Of a DNA stretch of 64,000 bases, positions 1 through 13,759 are shown in pieces. Made by a program: the position numbers and the translations under genes. The notes under the pieces were generated by a model, which searched no databases, had not been told where the DNA came from, and saw nothing but the letters and a program-made list of their open reading frames with translations. The DNA comes from Haliotis cracherodii (taxonomy: Eukaryota), in NCBI RefSeq assembly GCF_022045235.1, contig NW_027266297.1, forward strand, positions 70,060,001 through 70,124,000. The letters are read 5' to 3'. Position 1 is the stretch's first letter. Every line of letters begins with the position of its first letter.

Positions 1-1157
1 GACATGTCAACAATGTGCAGGAACACTTAATGCTGGGCGCGATTTCTAACCAAACATTTTCATTCATTCTTTATGTTTATTAACCAAAATATATTTCATT
101 TCTCTCGCTAACCACACTTCATCTAATTGTCAGCTGACTGCACTATTTACATAACATTTATAGAAGGGACAAGGCTGTGACTGTTCAACACTGCTCACTG
201 GCAAAACACAGCATACAGTTCAAACAAGGACTTGCATGCACAAAACACTGACATGCAATAACCTCTTATTCCTTAACTTATATATCTGGCACACCAGAAA
301 GGCGATTTTGGATTCTGCCAGGCGAGTTCTTTCCCTGTACAGATGAAATCCACTTAACAAGAAGGCCCTGTAACTAATGTATCACTCAAGCGATTACACT
401 GGTTGTAAATAATAATAATATAGATATAACCATCAAACAACATACTACTCCTACTTCTGCTGACCTTGGCAACATCACAACCTTGATCCCGTCATGAGCA
501 GGGGAGATAACTCTCAACATACATGAAGCAAGAATGTGTTGCATGAAAGAACAAAAAGGTTACAGGTCACATGACATCAAGAATGAACAGATTTGTAATT
601 GTTAACCAATAGTGACTAGAAGACACACTGCTGTACTTGCCAGTACTAAGTACCATGTCCCGCATCTCCCACACAATCACACAGTCACACATGCACGTAA
701 CTAACTCAGCCATATTGTTTTGCCGCGACACTCTGAACATGTAAATGAGTGCCTGAAAGACTATCTGTGCTCCTGAACTGAAATTTAATACAATCTATGA
801 TAAGGACAGAATGAGTGTGACCTCGTGGGATTCCAGGTTAGAATGAGTCCCCAGCATCTTATAAGAGGACAAAATTGATGTGGTGGTCCCCCGACTGGGA
901 GACGTGGTCTTATCTTGATGATGTTGTTCATGAACTGAGACCCACACAGGTCACCAACAATCAAAGGAAATGTCATTACAGATTCATCAGTTCTTGTCAC
1001 ACCATATGGGTACAATAGCATCTAAGTTGGAAAACTTAACATCGTCTGAATCAGTACATCTTTACGTCAACACTGATAGGATACTCTGCAACATATCACA
1101 ATCATTCATGTCAAACCTTAAGGTGGCGGTCATAGTTAAGGTAAAGGTTGGGATATA

Positions 1158-1380
1158 ATTTGTTGATTGTGTGTTGTTTAACGCTGCACTCAGCAATATT
1201 CCAGCTATATGACAGCGGTATAATCGAGACAATCCAGTGATTGACGTCATGAGCATCGATCCACGCAATTGGGATACAATGACATGCACCAACCTGACCA
1301 GCCAGCCTGACCACTCAATAGTCGCCCTTTATGGCAAGCATGGGTTGCTGATGACTTATTCTACCCCGGATCTTCACGGG
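1158..1380 (-). mobile_element. SINE family A copy
   Basis: Reverse complement of the ~260-bp element GACCCGTGAAGATCCGGGGTAGAATAGG...CATATAGCTGGAATATTGCTGAGTGCGGCGTTAAACAACAA seen about 15 times in the window. Confidence 0.8.
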
Positions 1381-2966
1381 ATACCTCACTTCATCACGGC
1401 TGTAAAATTCTTCGAGCATACTTTAGTGATGCCATTGCTTGGATCTGTCGAGTACAGTTTCAGCGACAGTCATGGCGTGTGTAAGTAGATACTTTGGTCG
1501 GTAGTTCATCATGAACATGAGGTGTCATTTAAGTGTCCTACAAACTTGGTACAAAAGCATTTGAGGAGAGATAATTTCTTGTACAACTTCACCAAGAACT
1601 ATCATAGACATACCAGTGCCATCACACAACGGCTGACAACTCCCACCTCCCAACTCCATCACACACTAGGCCATAACAAATTACATGGAAAATAAATATG
1701 GTACAAAATACAACATCAAAAACAAGTAAACTGTCCGAATAAAATACATTCAAATATATGTACATGAGCATATAACAAAGTAGGAGAAATAAAACAGTGT
1801 GTTCATGCTTTCCTCAGTCCAGGAACTGCCCACTGCCCTCGTCACTCCGGCCTGGCTCTGGCACTTTCACACTGTCACCAGTCTTGCATTGACTTGCGCA
1901 TTATCAAATGTAATGGATTGACTTTGATTACTTTGTTTAACATTATATAATATCAGGTCTTTGACAACAACCAATCAGCACATATCACATTTGACAGATC
2001 TCTGTAACTTTCAGATCTATCATGGCACATGGATTAAATGTAATAAGTGATCGAAGTACTCATAAAATCCTAACCACACAACTGCTCCATGAGTGTCATG
2101 GGGTAACAACCTACTTTCGGTTCATTATATGAAAGAGTGTACCGACTTGGTGCTACTGGCGTCACAATCCTGTCTGTACAACTGAATGTATCCACCCCTC
2201 TAGCAGTGCATGTTCCAATACTAGGGATTTGACCTTGCAGATGTTTCAGTAACGAGATACCTGCTGTGTCGGTTGAAGCAAGCAACAGTGTTCCAACTGA
2301 AGTTGTTGAAGTTTCCTTGTCATGTTTGTAGGCTTTACTTGCCATAAGGTTGACTATACTCGTCTTCTGTGCAATTGCAATTCAAAGTTGATAACAAAAC
2401 GGTCTTTGGTGGTAAGTCGATTGTCTAGACAGTTCTCCCCAAGTTACTGAGTATTAAGTACTAACCACTCACATCATATCTCCTTTATCTTAAATACTGA
2501 CAAGCGTAATGAGATTCACCCGTCCTAGATTCCCGGACTGCAGCTTTACATCACAGGGAGACTAGCAAACTTAGAGCTCACAACCTGGATGGAATATTAA
2601 AATATGATGTGTACAAACGTGTCTGTGAAACCAGGTTGTAAACAAGACTAGTGTTGGTGGTCTTCAATCAATGTTTCCCGGCCTGACCACCAGGTGGAGC
2701 TACTGGGACATATATTGGTGGATCCCTTCCAACGCACTCCTATTTCCCGGCATCCGTTCCATCATTCAAGCTACTTGACTGGCCCAGCAGGTGACGCGGT
2801 AATTCACGTTACCGATCACATACTAACTGTATCAGGTGTTGTTTTCAGCCATGTTGGTCAAAGGCAGCCTGGGCAGGGATGAGAGTCTGTATGCTGACAT
2901 CGTCAATTCACAAACAATGAAAGCTTATCACATAATGCTGGCAGGCCGATGACAAAGGGAGACAAT

Positions 2967-5900
2967 TCACAGTGAGAAGAGTTTGAGAAACTCTTCAGGG
3001 TTGAGAGGTGTGGATGCTGGAGGCTCTTCGCTGTAGCATGGGTGGCCCAGGGACTGAAACAGTGGAGCAGAATCACAAATAAGCCAATTAACCTGGCAAC
3101 CTGGACATTATCCTTGCCCAATTGTGATCAGGGGCGGAATAGGTTCCCAGCAACTAACACTTGTCCAGTGGAGAGTCACCATATGGGATGTTGATAGTGT
3201 GACATTTGTCCCCTTAAACTGGCTTCCACGGGAGATATGGCTTGGGTGAGATCAAGCAATATCTCCCAGGAGCATCACAATGCTTTGCAGACCATTGTGA
3301 CATCATCGGTTACCATGATGTCACAATGAATGATTTTGGATGATGCATAAATTCTCACCCTCGTGTCTTTTAATATCAACACTCTGCAAGCCTCAGTGTT
3401 TAAACTTTTATTGATTCATATATCAACAGACACCCTGGTGAGATTCTCCATGTCAGAAAGGGTGTCAAGTGTTGCTCTGGTCAGACTTGCATACCACAAT
3501 GAGATGAATGCTGAATGATTAATGGTGAATGATTAATGGTGAATGCAGTGTGATATAACATTCACTGACATCTTCATGTGTAAATTATTGGAACGAAAAC
3601 AAGAAGATGTTTATGTGTTAACCAAAAGCAGGACTGTGAAATAGCAATGTTCCTTGAGTAGTCTCCCTTGGCCTACCTTTGGGGCATTGATTACAGGACA
3701 TCTCCAGAAATATTCACAAAATTGCATTCATTACTAATTAGCTTTGAACTGTCCCCCCATATCATCGTAGTTTCAGTGTGTGAAACCCATATCTGGTGTC
3801 TCCCCTTAATCCCCCCATCGTGGGTACAGAGTGTGACACCCATACCTGGTGTCTCCCCTTAATCCCCCCATCGTGGGTACAGAGCGTGACACACATACCT
3901 GGTGTCTCCCCTTAATCCCCCCATCGTGGGTACAGTGTGTGACACCCATATCTGGTGTCTCCCCTTAATCCCCCCATCGTGGGTACAGTGTGTGACACCC
4001 ATACCTGGTGTCTCCCCTTAACCCCCCCATCGTGGGTACAGTGTGTGACACCCATACCTGGTGTCCCCCCTTAATTCCCCCATCGTGGGTACAGTGTGTG
4101 ACACCGATACCTGGTGTCTCCCCTTAATCCCCCCATCGTGGGTACAATGACACCATATCTCACCTGCCAGAAGATGTTGTTGCAGTGCACACACAAGGCC
4201 AACATGTCAGCGTAACTGTCCTTCTTCCCGAATCGCCTACAATGACATCAGCGATGACATTTACTTCAACATACACAACACATATATCTGTATTGGGCAG
4301 ATGTCAGCCATGACACATACACAACATGCAAATCTGACCATGTCGGAAATTAACAGTAAAAACTGTGCATCACACTGGATTGTTGTCCGAGCTCAAGCTG
4401 GCATACAGGGCTGTTAATAAATGCTGACACTCACTCACTCGGTCACTCAAGAACCTCGACGCTTGAAGATCCGGTGTATATAGGTCTTCAGCAACACATG
4501 CTTGCTGTAAAGGGCGACTAAAGGGATCGGGTTGTCAGGATCGCTGACTTGGTTGATGCATGTCATCGATCCCAATTGCATGGATCGATGCTCATGATAC
4601 TAATCACTGGATTAACAGGTCCAGACTCGATTATTTACAGACCGCTGTCATATAGCTGGAATAATGCGGTGTTAAACAACAAACAAACAAACAAATCAAG
4701 AACCCCACTCACTCACTCACTCACTCAAGCACCAGTTTCGCCTCGCCCTACAATGATACTACTAGCCTAAATATGCCGGCACTGCCTTTAGGCTAAAAAA
4801 AATAATAGTCTTGGGATTCAGGCACTGCCCGCATCATGATGATGATTTTGCTTCCGTTTTCAAGAAAAAAATAAAAATCCTAATACTTAAAAATAATGCG
4901 ATCCAACATAGAATGCAGTTACTTCCCTTTACATGCCCACAGCTTTACTGCACATCTCGTGTTATGGTCATGGCGGCAATAGGAGCTTGTATGCTTGTTT
5001 ATGTAGGGAGGCCCTTTCCCAGGTTGATAATACACAACTGTTTATTTGGTTACATACTAGTTTGAACAAGCAAAACAAAACCCTATATTTTATAAAAGTC
5101 AGGGCCTGAGAACCAATTCTTTTATTTTTTTAGAGCCTTACTTGCAATGTTTCCCTTAGTGGATTGTCGTAGTAGCTTATGCTTGCTGTAAGAGCTGACT
5201 TCAACAGACTGGGTGATTAGGCTCCGTGACTGGTCTGAGTGATCATACTCCGACTGTGTGGAAGGGTGCTCACAATATCAACCACTGGTATGTCTGGACT
5301 TATTTACAAGCTGTTCCGAAACAGCTTGAATATTGCTGACAGTGTTCATGGTGTTAAACAACAAATATTTGTTTGGAATCTTAAACTGGTTATTTAGCTG
5401 AAGTGCGGTATTGCAGCTCTAGAACATATCTTACTTGTAGCAGCGTCTGTAGATGTACTTCCAGTCGATGGTGGGCTGGTGGATGGCGACGGGCAGGAAG
5501 GTCACCAGCTGCTTGTCTGTGAAGTGGAAGAAGCAGAGTTGCTTCCAGAGCTGCGCTTCCTGCGACAACTCATAGACGGTTTGGCTGGTTTGGGAGGTGT
5601 GTAGAATGTCCTTGTGGTCTGCCAGACAGCTCAAGATGCCACGGATACAGTCCTCTGGCAGGTCCATCATCGTCAACTTCCCATCACACTCCCGCTGTGA
5701 AAACAAGTCAAACAATGTACAAATCCCCGCTTTGGAGGTAGACAAGTGTTACCAGTCAAACAATGTTGAACTCTCCTGCTGTGGAGGTAGACAAGTGTTA
5801 CCAGTCAAACAATGTTGAACTCTCCTGCTGTGGAGGTAGACAAGTGTCACAAGTCAAACAATGTTGAACTCTCCTGCTGTGGAGGTAGACAAGTGTCTAA

Positions 5901-8900
5901 CAATGTTGAACTCTCCTGCTGTGGAGGTAGACAAGTGTCAAACAACGTTTAACTCTCCTGCTGTGGAGGTAGACAAGTGTCAAACAATGTTTAACTCTCC
6001 TGCTGTGGAGGTAGACAAGTGTCAAACAATGTTTAACTCTCTTGTTAAGGAACTTGATTACAATGATTACACGCTGTATATACATGAAATATAATGTACC
6101 AAATACGGTGAAAAACCTGACCAACCGACTGTCACGTACCTCTGTCATCTTGTAGGCGTCCACCTTGGAGTTCATCTTGGTGACCTTCTGCTGGTGAAGC
6201 ATCCACAGCCTCGCGCTGCCGATGTGGGACGTCTTCCCCTGCTGGAGCGCCAGGTCAGCTGACTTCAGAAGTTCACGGAGCGTGCTCAGACTGTACTCAG
6301 TCTTCAATACTGGAACACAAAACTCACATCAGTATTCCGTCCTTGTAACTAGAAGTCAACCACAACAGATAGCATAACAAACCAGGCTTGCTTTATCGAT
6401 GAGCCAGTATGTGTTACAAGCTGGAAACATAAACGAGTGTGTGACACTACCAAGATCTACACACAATGAACTAGTACACCATTACAATGTAAGGCATTGA
6501 GACATGATGCTTCTACTGCGATACCACACTAGCATGTGGTACACTTAGGACTGGGACTGGAAGAAAATTGATACCCGGGTACCCAGAGCACTATTACCTG
6601 ACCCAGGTATCCGTCATATTTGATTGAAACAATGTGACTTAAAAAACAAAAGGTACCCAATGTGATGTGGGTTGTAGAGGTGTCAAGACATTGTTAGTCT
6701 GAGTTCTAGAGGCGCCAGGACATTGTCAATCTGAACTATAGAGGCCCCAGTAGACCCGTGACGATCCGGGGTAGAATAGGTCTTCGGCAACCCATGCTTG
6801 CCGTAAAAGGAGACTATGCTTGTCGTAAGAGGCCACTAATGGGATCGGGTGGTCAGGCTCGCTGACTTGGTTGATGCATGTCATTGATCCCAACTGCGTG
6901 GAGCAATGCTCATGATATCAATCATTGGACTGTCTGGTCCAGACTCGATTATTAACAGACATCCATCATATAGTTGTAATATTGCTGAGTGCGGCGTTAA
7001 ACAACAAACCAAGCAACCAATCTAGAGGCGCCAGGACACTGTCAATCTGAGTTCTGACAGATGCTAAAAAACAAAAAACTTTCCAAACGACTAAAGGAAA
7101 AGTAACCCTGTCACGCCTACTGATAAACAGCACAATTCTGAAATGGAAGAGAGTTTGAGATCTTCTGGAGGGTTATAAGGTCACCTTGTTCGGAGGTGGC
7201 CTCCAGGATGTTGATCACCTGCTTCTGGGCAGTCCCGCTCAGCCCACTCAGCTTCGAGCCCAGGATCAGATGCAGCACCTAGAACACAGCCCTGACATTA
7301 CACTGGACATTCTCACACAGCCCTGGCATTACATTGAAATACAGCACTGGTATTACACAGCAACACAGTACTGGCATAACACTGGACATTCTCACACAGC
7401 CCTGACATTACACTGGACATTCTCACACAGCCCTGGCATTACACTGGAACACAGTCCTGACATAACACTGGAACACAGCCCTGACATTACACTGGACATT
7501 CTCACACAGCCCTGGCATTACATTGAAATACAGCACTGGTATTACACAGCAACACAGTACTGGCATAACACTGGACATTCTCACACAGCCCTGGCATTAC
7601 ACTGGAACACAGCCCTGACATTACACTGGAACACAGTCCTGACATAACACTGGAACACAGTCCTGACATAACACTGGAACACAGCACTGGCATTACACTG
7701 GAACACAGCCCTGGCATTACACTGGAACACAGTCCTGACATAACACTGGAACACAGCCCTGGCATTACACTGGAACACAGTCCTGACATTACACTGGAAC
7801 ACAGCCCTGACATTACACTGGAACACAGTCCTGACATTACACTGGAACACAGTCCTGACATTACACTGGAACACAGCCCTGGCTTTACACTGGAACACAG
7901 TCCTGACATTACACTGGAACACAGTCCTGACATTACACTGGAACACAGTCCTGACATTACACTGGAACACAGTCCTGACATTACACTGGAACACAGCCCT
8001 GGCTTTACACTGGAACACAGTCCTGACATTACACTGGAACACAGCCCTGACATTACACTGGAACACAGCCCTGGCTTTACACTGGAACACAGTCCTGACA
8101 TTACACTGGAACACAGCCCTGACATTACACTGGAACACAGTCCTGGCTTTACACTGGAACACAGCCCTGGCTTTACACTGGAACACAGTCCTGACATTAC
8201 ACTGGAACACAGCCCTGGCATTACACTGGAACACAGCCCTGACATTACACTGGAACACAGCCCTGGCATTACACTGGAACACAGTCCTGACATTACACTG
8301 GAACACAGCCCTGGCTTTACACTGGAACACAGCCCTGACATTACACTGGAACACAGTCCTGGCTTTACACTGGAACACAGTCCTGACATTACACTGGAAC
8401 ACAGTCCTGACATTACACTGGAACACAGCCCTGACATTACACTGGAACACAGCCCTGGCATTACACTGGAACACAGTCCTGGCTTTACACTGGAACACAG
8501 CCCTGGCTTTACACTGGAACACAGCCCTGACATTACACTGGAACACAGCCCTGGCATTACACTGGAACACAGCCCTGACATTACACTGGAACACAGCCCT
8601 GGCTTTACACTGGAACACAGTCCTGGCATTACACTGGAACACAGTCCTGACATTACAACAGCCCTGGCTTTACACTGGAACACAGCCCTGACATTACACT
8701 GGTACACAGTCCTGACATTACACTGGAACACAGTCCTGACATTACACTGGAACACAGCCCTGGCTTTACACTGGAACACAGCCCTGACATTACACTGGAC
8801 ATTCTCACACAACCCTGGCATTACATGGGACATTCTCACACAACCCTGGCATTACATGGGACATTCTCACACAACCCTGGCATTACGCGGGACATTCTCA

Positions 8901-11900
8901 CACAGCCCTGACATAACACTGGACATTCTCACACAGCCCTGGCATTACATTGGAACACAGCCCTGGCATTACACTGGAACACAGCCCTGGCATTACACTG
9001 GAACACAGCCCTGACATTACACTGGAACACAGCCCTGGCATTACACTGGAACACAGCCCCGACATTACACTGGAACACAGCCCTGGCATAACACTGGAAC
9101 ACAGTCCTGACATTACACTGGAACACAGCCCTGGCATTACACTGGAACACAGCCCTGGCATTACACTGGACATTCTCACACAACCCCCGGCATTACATGG
9201 GACATTCTCACACAACCCTGGCATTATATGGGACATTCTCACACAGCCCTAACATTATGCAGGACATTCTCACACAGCCCTGGCATTACATGGGACATTC
9301 TCACACAACCCTGGCATTACGCGGGACATTCTCACACAACCCTGGCATTACGCGGGACATTCTCACACAACCCTGGCATTACGCGGGACATTCTCACAGT
9401 CTGACTAGGGCATGCTGTTCTTTCAGTCCTTTACATTGAGGTTAATCCCAAATTCTGTGAAGCTAGTATAAGCTTTTGTTGCACTATTATTGGTGTAATT
9501 ACCAGATGCCTTCACGATGTTAATTATCACTGTTATTTGACATACCTTACACACATAGTTAAATCTGCGAATGTCCTTCACAGCTCCGGTCATGTCCAGG
9601 CGGATGAAGGCCTCACTGATGCTGGTGAGTTCCTTGCGCTGCAACAACGTTGTACAAGCTGTATCAGGACATTGTCAATCTAAATTCCAGAGGCGCCAGG
9701 GCATTGTCAGTCTGAGATTGAGAGGCCCCAGGACATTGTCAATATATAATACCAAAAATAGGCTTCACACATTGTATCCATGTCGGGAATCGAACCCGGA
9801 TCTTTTGCATGACGAGCAAACGCTATCACCACTAGGCTACCCGACCGCCCAAGAACAAGAAAGAGGTATACCTACCAGTCAACATATGCAACTGAATGTT
9901 CAAAGCTCAGTGATAATTCTGTCACTCAATACTTCTAGTTCTATCTGTCATACACAAGATCAGTGTTAATTCTGTCACTGAGTACTTCTAGCTCTATCTG
10001 TCATACAACTGAATGTTCAAAGCTCAGTGTTAATTCTGTCACTCAGTACTTCTACTGTCAACTCTCACACAGAAGATATCCAGTTGGTTGTCCTGAAACC
10101 TAGCTGTAGGATTGCTGTCACTGTAGTTCACCGTAAACTACAATCTGGACGTTAATCACCATAGGAACAACAGGAACTGTATTAAGTCAGAATCATTTGA
10201 CATGTTTTTTAAGTGTCTGGACCAATGTAAGATGTTTGTCTCACTTCTCCCCTACATCTGGGTAAGACCCGTGAAGATCCGGGGTAGAATAGGTCTTCAG
10301 CAACCCATGCTTGCCGTAAAAGGTGGCCATGCTTGTCGTAAGAGGTGACTAACAGGATCGGGTGGTCTGACTTGGTTGATGCATGACATCAATCCCAATT
10401 GCGTGGATCGATGCTCATGATATTAATCACTGGATTGTCAGGTCCAGACTCGATTATTTATAGACCGCCGTCATATAGCTGGAATATTGCCGAGTGTGGC
10501 GTTTAACAACAAACCAACCAAATCATCTGGGTAAACAGCTCACCTCCTTGGACGTCCCCCGGTGGTACTGTATAAAGGGCTGTCGCCGCTCCATCACGTC
10601 TCTCTGGCTGGTGTCCACCAAGGCAAGTCGGATCAACCTGACAACCAGGAATCACGCCATGAGATATCAGCTCTACAAGTATCTCCCTGCGTCCATGCAA
10701 CACTTTGTGGATAATTATCATTTCTGAAATCTTAATTCCATGGAAATGTGACACTTAGTAACTAAAGACCTCCACCAAAAGGCACTCATCAGTACTTGTT
10801 CAAATTTTGGAGATACCTGAATTCAAAATAAACATGGCAGAAACTGCAAGATCAAATTTTCATCTCCTAAACATTATGTTCTTTATATCAGAAATCCATT
10901 TGCCTTTCACCTGAAGAGAGAAACATATTCCCCTACATTGCTACTGGATAAAAATAGAATAATTAACATTGTTCTGGTCGCTCTGTGGCTGAAATAATGC
11001 TGGTGTGACGGTAAATTTTAACTCACTCATAACTGACAACGGAAAAACTGACTATACAAGTGAGTGAGTGATTTATTATTTAACGTCACATCAGCAATAT
11101 TTAAGCCATATCGTGACAAGAAGTTATACATTAATAATACTTATACATAGACTAAATTAAAACCTATTGTCGATGGGCAGTACAATAACTAGAATATCAA
11201 AGATTCAAAACTAGTAGAGAACATTTAAAAGGAGAGAGTATTAGTTAACTCGAATGATATGGAACTTACATACCCTCTTAGGGGGCGACAATAATTTTAC
11301 GCTACTTCGAACTGTTTTCTTTTTAAGTCATCTGCTTGTTAAGGATAAACCACTGGGATAACAATCATTTAAAACATTCTAGGTGGACATGATGAAAACA
11401 CCTTGCACAAATATGCTCCTACCTATCGTGTGAGATGGTGACGCGCTCCGTGTGCCTCCCGACAATGTACAAGGTCTGAAAGTTTGATCATATATACACC
11501 TAAACGTGTCTGTCATCGCGAAGTAAAAATTTTCATTTGAATACATCCAAACATGGATTCGTCAGGTCCATATGCGCCTTTTAAGGGCATGCAAGAAAAC
11601 CCACTATCAGTTCGATAAAAGGGTGTCCTGGATTTACCACTGTCCCGCCAAGCAATATGCTATTTCTAGATATGACACATCAGGTAGCAATCATGGCTGC
11701 CGTTACTGTTGGAGTCACGGCCCGCTGCATATGGGGACAGCAATGGACAGTGTACCACGTGCTAATTACTTCTAATTGATTTGCATAAGACACATGAATG
11801 GACATGGTGATTGGCTGATGAGGTCTGATAAGATTTGAGCCGACCTGCGAGTGATTAGGCTTTTCGTTGATAACGAAAGTGGGCTGGTAGGAGAAGTCTC

Positions 11901-12051
11901 ACTACTACCCTATCACAACAAACCTTGCTATCACATTTTCGTTGAGATTTTCGAAAACTTTAAGCCTCCAAAGTTTGAGCCTTTCCCATCCACTGGCTGT
12001 CCGAACCCATTCGTCGCCCGGCGATCGCCAGTCGCGACCAAGAAAAGGCAT
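2967..12051 (-). CDS. FBXO32: F-box only protein 25/32 (atrogin-1/MAFbx family), 8 coding exons, ~332 aa
   Basis: Exons (minus): 12051-11924 [42 protein letters not shown]; 10637-10544; 9638-9546 [31 protein letters not shown]; 7278-7185; 6309-6140; 5694-5435 (F-box [18 protein letters not shown]...[10 protein letters not shown]); 4236-4164 (CVHC); 3053-2967 SLGHPC...[12 protein letters not shown]. All junctions GT-AG, total 999 nt in frame. The N- and C-termini match the FBXO32/FBXO25 signatures (MPFLGxDWRSPG; PxxFxxLF). Likely the single invertebrate co-ortholog of both. Confidence 0.93.
3778..4155. repeat. 53-bp minisatellite, ~7 copies
   Basis: Unit GTGTGACACCCATACCTGGTGTCTCCCCTTAATCCCCCCATCGTGGGTACAGT; abuts the FBXO exon 7 donor. 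Confidence 0.95.
4460..4695 (+). mobile_element. SINE family A copy
   Basis: Matches the family consensus; (AAAC)n tail. Confidence 0.8.
5700..6040. repeat. 42-49-bp minisatellite
   Basis: Unit AATGTTGAACTCTCCTGCTGTGGAGGTAGACAAGTGTCAAAC; abuts the FBXO exon 6 acceptor. Confidence 0.95.
6753..7020 (+). mobile_element. SINE family A copy
   Basis: Full length; interrupts a short ~32-bp tandem repeat (CTAGAGGCGCCAGGACATTGTCAATCTGAG). Confidence 0.85.
7282..9400. repeat. 24-bp minisatellite (~2.1 kb) with 29-bp variants
   Basis: Unit ACACTGGAACACAGCCCTGACATT; abuts the FBXO exon 4 acceptor. Confidence 0.97.
10265..10522 (+). mobile_element. SINE family A copy with 11-bp TSD
   Basis: Flanked by CATCTGGGTAA on both sides. 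Confidence 0.88.
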
Positions 12052-12099
12052 TATTCACGAAATATCCTACTTTCTTTGGTCTTTTGTATGCGAATATGC

Positions 12100-12535
12100 G
12101 CACTGTTTATAAACATATGTAAATCAGGTGGCAGGATGTACGGGGTGAATTTTTCCTAGCTCAGCGATTGGTCATCACCAGTATAATGCGTGTTTTCATT
12201 GGTCAATATTTCTTTGTCGGCCATGTGCAGTTATCACGTGGTATTGTTTACATCGATCAGCTGTTTCTTACATACACAAAGAACACCTTATTTTGGCTTA
12301 TCTGCGTCGGAGTTATTGTGCCAACTTTCCATCCTGGAAAATATAAAGAATAGCCTTTGTGTTTTCATTAATTCCTTAGGTGAAGATAAACCGTCGGCTT
12401 TTTCGCAACAAACTCAAGTTGTATACTTAGCATGTGTCTAAAAACTTTGTCAAAAAAGTTGCACAGACATCTTTTTGCGTCGTTGTTGACTTGATGACGA
12501 AGCTGCACATGTAACGCAATACTCGTAAACAGATG
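12100..12535 (-). promoter_or_regulatory. Proximal promoter of the FBXO25/32 gene with forkhead (FoxO-type) sites, CCAAT boxes and an E-box
   Basis: TTGTTTAC at 12244-12251, GTAAACA at 12525-12531, palindromic TGTTTATAAACA at ~12104-12115, ATTGG at ~12167 and ~12198, CACGTG at ~12235. All lie within 500 bp upstream of the ATG at 12051. Confidence 0.45.
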
Positions 12536-13389
12536 TGGGTTGTTTTTGACGCGTGATTCACTGTTCTTTTTATCTCTCTAAACTGACTTTTATGATAGCT
12601 TAGAATATATATGTTAAGTCGGGTCATGCTGACCTTTCTACGAATAAATAAATAAATAAACACGGGACGTACGCCAATCTAATGTGTGATCAATAACAAA
12701 GTCATGAAAATATGTTTTAATTAGTTAATGTCATGTTGAGAAATGAAAACATTTTAGGGTTGCACTTCAACCAATACCTCTTTTGCGATTGCGCAGAACA
12801 ATATTCTTCCGTTCAGTACCCTGTGCATGCATGATGCTCCAGATGGGTCACAGTGACTGATGAATATTAGAAGTATCCACGCAGATGACGGAAAGGGACC
12901 CTCAACTACCACATGGCCGACGTGTAACTACGTATACTGACACAGTTTGACAATCGATCATTGGTTTGTCTGGTCTAAATGGGTTCACTGTACAAACAGA
13001 GCACCTTGTTATAGCGGACTAGTGGACATTGCGACATCGAGTGTCGATTTGTACTGTATGTTGGCTGCGCCCCCCCCCCCCCCCCCACCATCCCCACACA
13101 CACACAATTACACATGCAAGTTATGTTTTTTTTTGTTAAATCTGTTTGAATGCGTGTGTCAGGTATGTCACATCAGATCAGACCGATCACAGGATGGTAA
13201 GACTTCCGCCCGCACCCCCCTTCCGAATGTACAAAACAACAACATACGGTGAAGACAATGGATTAAAACCTAATTGAGGTAATGTCGACGAAAGGACTTT
13301 TTCTTTTTTCTTTTTAAGTACATACAAACAGCTTTTCTTTTTAGTAGGGTTCTCTTCGGATATTAGGAGATCGAATCGCATTATTTTCA

Positions 13390-13392
<3 letters not shown>

Positions 13393-13458
<66 letters not shown>
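13393..13458. repeat. (AG)n microsatellite
   Basis: About 33 AG units. Confidence 0.98.
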
Positions 13459-13462
<4 letters not shown>

Positions 13463-13759
13463 AGGGCCATGCAATAAGTTATCACTGACCACACTACATC
13501 TGTTGACATAGTTGACGTACTGCTGACGGAGTAGGCTCGGGGTCAGTGAAGCGGCATTACAATGACACATCACCGACCACACTATATCCGTTGACATTTC
13601 AAATCGTCTAGCCTCTTTAGCCTATGCACATTTTATCTCGTGCAAGTCCTTAAAAATCAAATAATGAAGCGTTGTGTCGAAAAAACAAACGTATCTTAGG
13701 GTTAGCATGCTCAGACTTTAAGAAATAACGCAACATGTCCGATGTCTGTATTTCAGGTA

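Noticed and set aside
7502-8839. 445-aa and 353-aa Cys-rich ORFs (SSVMSGLC / VFQCNVRA repeats)
   Set aside because: Translations of a 24-bp intronic minisatellite (unit divisible by 3). The FBXO32 exons splice around it in frame.
11423-11590. Possible FBXO32 first or extra exon (ATGCCCTTAAAAGGC..., donor at 11422)
   Set aside because: That ATG frame stops after 25 codons. The conserved [12 protein letters not shown] exon at 12051-11924 splices in phase directly to 10637.
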